The notes beneath the pieces were generated by a model. That model was not told the origin of the DNA. It saw nothing but the letters and a program-made list of their open reading frames with translations, and ran no database searches. From the human T2T-CHM13v2.0 reference genome, Homo sapiens, in NCBI RefSeq assembly GCF_009914755.1, contig NC_060926.1: a stretch of DNA of 64,000 bases. One strand, 5' to 3'. Both the position numbers and the translations under genes were made by a program. How positions within the stretch are numbered: the first letter of the stretch is position 1; every line of letters starts with the position of its first letter. Shown piece by piece: positions 54,891 through 64,000 of this stretch.

Positions 54891-57677
54891 TAGCAGCTCT
54901 GCTTCTGATCAGGAACAATATCAAAGGCATAATTTCTGACTGATAAAAGTGGTCGTTTAAAGTAAAAGGCAAGTTTTTAAAGATAATGTATCCCTGAAGA
55001 GATGCCTTTGATAAGCTAAAATGTGCTTTAGATATTAATTTCTCTGTATTCTATGACATTTTTGCATTTTTATCTCTTATTAATTATAACCATGAAGCAA
55101 ATGAGTGGACAGATGAGGCATGAGTACTTGTGGTTGCACAAATCATTTAGTATGCTTATCTCCTCAAGTTTTCCCAATAAGCACATTTTGGATCAATATC
55201 ATAATATCACATTTGACAAATGTCTCTGACACTACCTTATTCCACCAAGCAGCTATTATCTAATTATACTTTGAAATTAAGTGCCTGGATTCTCTGGGTG
55301 GCCTAAGGGTACCTCTAGAAAAGCTCATACGTGGTTGAAAAAAAAAAAAGACTGAAGACAAGAGAGTACTAAATTGACATAGGCAGGTCAGATTGCACAG
55401 TTTGGCATCACATTTAAGAAATTATAGTCAAGTGGCTTTTAGTTGCATCCTAACTGTCCATTTTCAGGTGGTACTTTTGCCAAACACCAGATCACTAGGG
55501 CTGTATTAAAAAGTTCAAATAGCACACTCAAATTTGAAACTATAGATATTTTTTTCTAGTTTTTCAGCTGGCACACATGAAAAGCACTTTTGAGCACCAA
55601 AAGAAGATGAAGAAATAACTTACAGTGAATGGAAAATGTTAGGAAAGCAAGGGCTAGACAATTCTATGAGTCACTACTAAGATAGCTAAAGGGATGGGGA
55701 TTCCAGTCCACTCATTAAAGTGTGGGTTGAAGTGTTGCTTTATTTTTCAAGAATTTCCATGGGAGGTACTCGGAGGGAAAAACGGGAGGTGGTCAGACTT
55801 GAGTACAGACAGAAAAGGCCTATCTTAAGAGTAGTGAGATACAGGCATAAGTGGAAGACATGCCACAGCACAGAAGAGACTTACAGTCTTCAATGGTTTT
55901 AAGAGACTTTATGGCACTATTTCAAAAGTGAATTAAATCCTTAAAAGAATTCTTCTAAATGAGCAAAATGTAGTTTTTAAATTATTTTAATTTACTTCCC
56001 AATTCATAAATACAATATGGAATTAGTTTTGTCTGTGATTTTAAAATCTTAGAATGTCTATTTTTAACAGCAGAGAAAAATATTCTAACATAGGAAATAA
56101 TTTTAGATTCATAAGTTCCTTTGTAGGAAGAAATTTTTACCTATTATTCTTTCAAAAATCAGAAGCAAAATGTCAGAAGCAAAAAAAACTTAAGAATGAA
56201 CATCTACTTTGTGGATGTTAATTTAGAGTAATATCATAGTATCTATTACCTATCTCCTGGGAAAGATATGGTTTATACTTTTGAGACAACCTGCCCAAAT
56301 TTAAGAAGTATCAGTTGCATCCCTGAGAAGCCATGGAATGCAGTAGTTAAGAACACAGAACAAATCTTGGTTCTGTCACATAGTAGCTTAAAATCTCAGA
56401 GTTCCATATAAAAATTAAAAAAAAAATAGTACCAAATTGAGAGTTATTTTTGACTGAAGTAAAATAGCATCTGTGAAGTACTTGGCACATAATCAATGGT
56501 AGTTATCATTAAAGGTATAAAATTTTTTTACAAAAATTTTTTTACAAAAAGCCTAATGAATGACAGAATAAAAAATGTTATTTGCTTTCCAATTTTGTTA
56601 CTGACCACTGAGATATGGGCATGGAAGTGGCACAAGCACAATGGACACAGGATCAGCGACTTGGAAGGTGGGGAGGTTGGGGAAAGATGAATGATGTATG
56701 AGTGAAAAAGCCCCTTCTCTATTCAGTTCAACAAATATTTGATGAGCTCCCACTATAATCCCAGTCATCTCAAAAGATGTCTATCACTTCCTTTAAGAGG
56801 CTACTCCTGATGGTGAGATAAGACTTGTACCCATGGAACAAGGAAATATATGATGAGGTACTAAAATTAGTAGTAGTATAAAGGATTATGCAGTGACTAC
56901 TTACTAACAAACCATGTTAAATTACAAGATTTAGAGCAATACACATATAAAACCAGCTGCAAAAATCATTGCAATTACTCTCCTTAAGATAATCTAAAAA
57001 TGTTATATTCTACTAGTCTGCCTAGAAAAGATATAAAATCCTGACTTCTTTTTGTTACTTTATTTTAGACATCTAGTTTTTTAAATTAAGCAGAAAATCC
57101 ACTTTGGTTTTATCTATCTGAATGTTAAATGTAATATTTATCTCTTAATGTCTCACACATTTCAAAAACTTATGGTTATATTTCACCCTTTATGTGCCCA
57201 AACTATTCAAGGACTTCCAGAGTTGTGTATTACATACAAGCAAAAAACAAAGAGCAACAGCACTGGAGAATTCAACAGATGACAAGAACAGCTACACTAA
57301 AAAAAAGATCAGAAAAGAAAGTATGCCACCTGCTGTTTATGGAATGAAAAGAGGTCCCACAGTAAGTATCTGAATACATGAGTCAAAGCCAGAAAAAAAA
57401 GACGTTTGGGCTTCTCTCTGCTTTCCTAGATCCTGATTTCAGCATGTTATAACAAGTTTATAACCATGCATATGTTAACTAAAGTTATTGCAAACAAGTC
57501 TAGTCTTTGTCTTTCTCCTGCACATTATAAAGGTATTAGGGGTTTTTTCTATCTACTTGTGTTGACCTCATTTGACTTGTTAAGTCCTTGAAAGTAAAGA
57601 ATGATGTATTTTCTTAACTATGATTGTATAGCTTTAAAAAGCACTACAAGCAGTATCAGGCAGTCAGTAATGTGATG

Positions 57678-59469
57678 ACTATGAATAATCATACATCAAC
57701 AAACTGTATAGCCTAGAAGAAATAAATTCCTAGACACATACAACCTACCAAGACTGAATAATAAAGAAGCAGAAAATCCAAACAGATGAATAATGAGTAA
57801 AGAGATTAAACCAGTAATGAAAAGTTTTCCATGAAAGAAAAGCCTAGAGCCTCGTGGCTTCACTGCTTTTACCAAACGTTTAAGAACAAATACCTATCCT
57901 TCTCAATTTCTCTAAAAAAAACTGGACAAAAAAGAATACTTCAAAATGCAATTTATGAGGCCAGCGTTATCCTGATACCAAAGCCAGACAAAGACACTAA
58001 AAGAAAAGAAAATTACAGGCCAGTATCCCTGTAAAAATTCAAAATCCTCAACAAAATGCTAACAAACACATTCCACAGCATGTTAAAGGGATCATTCACC
58101 GTGACCAACAGGAATTTATCTATGGGATCCAAGGATGTTCAAAAAATGAAGATCAATAAATGTGATACGCCACATTAACATAATGAATGACTAAAATCAT
58201 ATGTTCATCTCAATTGCTGCAGAAAAAGCATTTGACAAAATTCAATATCCATTTCGCTGAAAGTTTCAACAAATTAGGTATAAAAGAAATGTACCTCGAC
58301 ATGGCTGGGCACGGTGGCTCACACCTGTAATCCCAGCACTTTGGGAGGCTGAGGTGGGCAGATCACCTGAGGTCAGGAGTTCGAAACCAGCCTGGCCAAC
58401 ATGGTGAAACCCTGTCTCTACTAAAAATACAAAAATTAGCTGGGCGTGGTGGCGTACACCTGTAATCCCAGCTACTCAGGAGGCTGAGGCAGAGAATCGC
58501 CTGAACCTGGGAGGCGGAGGTTGCAGTGAGCAAAGATTGTGCCACTGCACTCCAGCCTGGGCACCCGATCAAGACTCTATCTAAAAAAAAAGAAAAAAGA
58601 AAAAAAGAAAAGAAAAGAAATGTACCTCAGGACAGTAAAAATCATATATGACAGGCTCACTTCTAACATCATACTCAATTGTGAAAAGATGAAAGCTTTT
58701 TCTCCAAGATCAGGAACACGACAAGGATGCCCACTCTTACCATTTCTATTCAACATAGTACTAAAAGTTCTAGCAAGAGCATTAGTCAAGAAAAAAATGA
58801 TAAAGCCATTCAAATTGGAAAGAGAGAAGTTAAATCATTCCTGTTTGCAGAAAACATGATCTTATATATTTTTAAAAAATCTAGACTCCACGGAGAAAGC
58901 TGCTAGAATAAACAAATTCAGTAAAGTTGCAAAATACAAAATAAACATAAACATATTAGTAGTATTTCCGAACACCTAGGTTTGTAAACCTAGTATTTCT
59001 GATTGATTTTATTCAATCAATCCAGCCTCATTTATATTAGCTACCAAAGTAATAAAATACTTAGAAATAAACTTAACCAAGGAGGTGAAAGACCTGAACA
59101 GAAATATTTTGTGTTCATGGATTGTAAGAATTACAATGTCCATGCTACCCAAAGTGATCTACAGATTCAACGCAATCCCTATCAAAAGTTCAATGACATT
59201 TTTCAAAGACATTTCTAGAAATCCTAAAATTCATAAGGAAGCACAAAAGACCTCGAAAAGCCAAAGCAATCTTGAGCAAAAAGAATGAAATTGGAGGCAT
59301 CACACTACCTGACTTCAAAATATACTACAAAGCTATACTAATCAAAACAGCATGGTACTGGCATAAACACAGCCACATAAACCAAAGGAACAGAATAGAG
59401 ATTCCAGAAATAAATCCATGCACTTATAGTCAATTGATTTTCAACAAAGGTGCCAAGAACACACAATGA
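57678..59469 (+). mobile_element. Older L1 (L1PB/MA-type) ORF2 fragment with deletions; 3' end missing
   Basis: Peptides YEASVILIPKPDKD, SGTRQGCPLLP and [14 protein letters not shown] are L1 ORF2; many frameshifts. Confidence 0.92.
58303..58612 (+). mobile_element. AluS (Sx-like) nested in L1
   Basis: Full dimer; TSD aaaagaaatgtacctc at 58282-58297 and 58613-58628. Confidence 0.95.
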
Positions 59470-59471
59470 GA

Positions 59472-59577
59472 ACATCTAGGTTTGTGTAAGCACACGCTAT
59501 GATGTTTGAACAACGACAAAATCACCTAAAAATGTATTTCTTAGAAAATGTCTCCATCCTTAAGCAACATATGACTG
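59472..59577. mobile_element. Tigger3 terminal fragment
   Basis: 'catctaggtttgtgtaagcacac...ttaagcaacatatgactg|ta', homologous to 33050-33149. Confidence 0.8.
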
Positions 59578-59958
59578 TACAACATTTAAAATCCAGCAAT
59601 GAATAATTTGACAAAGAAGTCTGAAAAGGAATTTTCTGAAAGGAAACCAAGAGTGTAGTGTCATGGCAGCCAAAGGAGCATTTGCTGAGATGGAGAATGC
59701 CCAGTAATGTAGAATGCTGCTGAGTAGTCAAATACGTTGAAGACGTAAATTATACATTGGGTTTTGTGACTTAGAGATAAATAGAGCAAGAGTTATTTGA
59801 GGTAGAATTGTTAGCAAAATAACCAGATTAGAGTGAATCAAGGGGTGAATTTGCCATGAAAAAGAGAGATAACACATGTACACAACTTTTTCAAGTTTAC
59901 CTGATGGAGGATTTACTGAAGGGAGAAGTAAGATAGAAATATTGGAGGATTTTTGTTA

Positions 59959-59960
<2 letters not shown>

Positions 59961-59999
<39 letters not shown>
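59961..59999. repeat. (AC)19 microsatellite
   Basis: Perfect dinucleotide run. Confidence 0.97.
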
Positions 60000-60000
<1 letters not shown>

Positions 60001-61653
60001 TATTATATACAGGGAAAGGAAACCTCAAATACATTTTAGAAGGAGGTATGTTAGACATAACAAATATGTGAATGGTACAATATCTCAAGACAAGGGAAAA
60101 TATCTCTGCTTGTAAGAAAGGAGACCTTGATGAATTAAGAAGGCTATCAGAAATTTAAAAATTCTGAAAGAATGTCTTCATTGTAGGTTCTAAAATACTG
60201 GGCCTCATTCTTGGAGACAGGCATATATTAGTAAATTTAAAATGTTTCAGAGTTTTCTATACTGGTCTTCTTTATGTCAAGAAGTTATAACATTATCTCA
60301 AAGACACATCCAATTAAAATTTAAGAATATTTAACTAATACATTTAAGAACTGTCTTTTAAGGAAAGTCATAGTGACTTTTATCTAACTCCCATAGATTG
60401 ATTCCATAAATCTCAATAAACATTTTGATTTTATGCACTTTGGGTATAGTTAGTCTTCTCACTTAAGAGATTTAAATAGATGCAAGTATCCTAATAGATA
60501 TCTTTATATCCACTCAATAGAGAAGGCTGAAAGGTTAAAGTTTCGCTGCCGGTTTCTGAATCAGCATTATTAGCTCTATAATCTTAACTATATCCTGGCA
60601 AGAAACAGAAAACCATTTTGCTACACATTATTTCACCATTCACTAATTCCTACAATTTCATAAGAATAAAATGACAAATTCATAAAATTGTGAGACTCAT
60701 TTTCATTTTTTTGGTTTTACTCCCTTATAGTTGAAATTGATTATTTCATTCCTGGCATCTTTCCCCACAACTTTATTAGGACATTAGGTTAAATTTTTTT
60801 ACATAAATTTTATCATGGATAAATTCTTTCAGAGTAGGTGTTACTTTCATGGCAGAAGTACTTCAGACATACCATACAACATGGTGGTTATAAACCACAT
60901 TTGGAAATTATGACTCACTATATAGGCAAGATCATTTCTCGTCATCACAGCTTGAATTTTTATATCTGGGTAAAATTTTTTCTCATTTTATACTACTGAA
61001 AATTTTTCTGCTATTTTTTCCTGTGGAAAATTAAGCTCTTTGGTTTAAAAAAAAAACTTGCTCTATTCTATACTGGTTTGTTCCATTTCTAGGATTATAC
61101 TGAAAATGTATTAATTTAGCATCTTTGATGTATCTTCTATAGAAACCTATATGGATATTTTTGGATTTTCTCTATGTTATAAAAATAGAGAGTCTAATTC
61201 CAAGGAATCCATGCACTCATTTTATTATGTGATCATAATTAACACCCCAGAAGGAAATCACTTTAAGCAATGGATAGCTCCAACGTTTATGAAATGGAAT
61301 TTTGCATTTTCCTAGAGAGAAAAACAGTAGTCTACTCCAACCCAAGAAACTCCACTAAGTGATCTGATTCTTGGGAACTGGGTAAACTAATTTGATATCA
61401 TTGTCAATATATACCATGGGTAGATGAAGCCACATATATTGTATGGAAGACCGCAGCTTATTAATTGATAATTTACTTTTGAAGTGAGAAAAAAATCTAC
61501 TTAGGAAAATTGGCTCATGATTAACATCTATTTTAGGTAAGAAATTATCTAAGAGCTAAACTGAAACTATAAGGAAGATATCTCACCCTTACACCTTGAC
61601 ATTGGCCATTCTGCTGCTTCCAAAAGTTGAGGGCTTTACTGGTTAGAGCCTGC

Positions 61654-62516
61654 AAAAAGAACAACCCCATCAAAAAGGGGGCAAAGGACATGAACAGACA
61701 CTTCTCAAAAGAAGACATTTATGCAGCCAAAAAACACATGAAAAAATGCTCACCATCACTGGCCATCAGAGAAATGCAAATCAAAACCACAATGAGATGC
61801 CATCTCACACCAGATAGAATGGCAATCATTAAAAAGTCAGGAAACAACAGGTGCTGGAGAGGATGTGGAGAAATAGGAACACTTTGACACTGTTGGTGGG
61901 ACTGTAAACTAGCTGAACCATTGTGGAAGTCAGTGTGGCGATTCCTCAGGGATCTAGAACTAGAAATACCATTTGACCCAGCCATCCTATTACTGGGTAT
62001 ATACCCAAAGGAATATAAATCATGCTGCTATAAAGACACATGCACACATATGTTTATTGTGGCACTATTCACAATAGCAAAGACTTGGAACCAACCCAAA
62101 TGTCCAGCAATGATAGACTGGATTAAGAAAATGTGGCACATATACACCATGGAATACTATGCAGCCATAAAAAATGATGAGTTCATGTCCTTTGTAGGGA
62201 CATGGATGAAACTAGAAATCATCATTCTCAGTAAACTACCGCAAGAACAAAAAACCAAACACCGCATATTCTCACTCAAAGGTGGGAATTGAACAATGAG
62301 AACACATGGACACAGGAAGGGGAACATCACACTCTGGGGACTGTTGTGGGGTGGGGGGAGTGGGGAGGGATAGCATTAGGAGATATACCTAACACTAAAT
62401 GACGAGTTAATGGGTGCAGCACACCAGCATGGCACATGTATACATATGTAACTAACCTGCACATTGTGCACATGTACCCTAAAACTTAAAGTATAATAAT
62501 AATAAAAGAAAAAAAA
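61654..62516 (+). mobile_element. L1PA3-like 3' ~860 bp
   Basis: ORF2 C-terminus ([21 protein letters not shown]...), 3' UTR and poly(A); TSD agagcctgc at 61645-61653 and 62517-62525. Confidence 0.96.
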
Positions 62517-62725
62517 AGAGCCTGCGTGCACTGTGCAGAAGTCAGACCAGAAATGCTTGAGAATTAATACTCCCATGGGAGCAATTCTCAACCGGTGACT
62601 AATGGGAGTTGGTACATAAACATCCCAGTTAACTTTTCCCTCAGCTAGGATAAGTCTGAAGTATTCTACTGTATCCCCCAGAATTTTCCAGTAGGATAGA
62701 ACAAGTGGTAACTGGTTTAATAATA

Positions 62726-63440
<715 letters not shown>

Positions 63441-64000
63441 TTACAAGTGTTTCCTGGAATCGGCATTCAAACTTGCACTATCAACCTTGTTTCCAGGTCT
63501 GCTGTTAAGGGAACATAAAATAAAATGAAAGCTATTTAATATTTTCTTCCTCCAGTTTTGAAAACTGTATTTATATAGCCTGTGTCAGCTGGCCCTGTGA
63601 AAATATATGTACTATATAATGAGGCAGAAACAGTCACATCACATTTACCTTAATCAACTCTAACATTTGATTAGAGTCGATTAGAGGAGGAAAAATCTGA
63701 TACCCCTTTTTAGTTATTTCAGAGACTTTATTATATTCCTAATAACCTGTTATTCTTGGAATTTATCACATTTGTCAGTGCAATCAAATATTCTTAACAT
63801 AATCACTTTCTAAAATGGAATTCATTTTTTAAGTAGAACATACTCATAAAAACTCATTTGAAAATTTCAAAGCAATAGCCAATATATTTTCATTATGTAC
63901 TGGGCACTTTAAATGTTTGCCAAGAGAAGAGCTAAAGCTATATTGCAATTATGTTTTCATTTCTACAAAGATACCCTTAAATATCTATGAATAAAAATAT

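Noticed and set aside
61627-62292. ORF2 C-terminal ORFs
   Set aside because: 5'-truncated L1 with an in-frame stop in the Cys-rich region

Overview
AT-rich, CpG-depleted primate genomic DNA (human or ape, judged by AluY and L1PA3-like copies). It is dominated by interspersed repeats: L1PA/L1M LINEs, about 11 Alus, MaLR/ERVL LTRs including a two-LTR THE1 element, Tigger/Charlie/Made1 DNA transposons, and MIR/L2 relics. I cannot support any protein-coding gene. The listed ORFs are repeat-derived (L1 ORF2 fragments, Alu, THE1) or look like chance ORFs. Most recognisable L1s lie on the + strand, which hints at a long intron of a minus-strand transcript, and a few weak minus-strand exon candidates exist. 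I found no convincing new biological system. The most unusual structure is a set of template-switch scars: a ~1.1 kb duplication-inversion-duplication at 36.07-37.17 kb that creates a ~250 bp non-Alu inverted repeat, a miniature version at 31.9 kb, and a templated filler at 58.97 kb. There is also a MIR-derived tandem duplication carrying two identical CCAAT boxes at 28.04 kb. Repeat subfamily names come from my recall of consensus sequences, not from a search, and boundaries are approximate unless TSDs are quoted.
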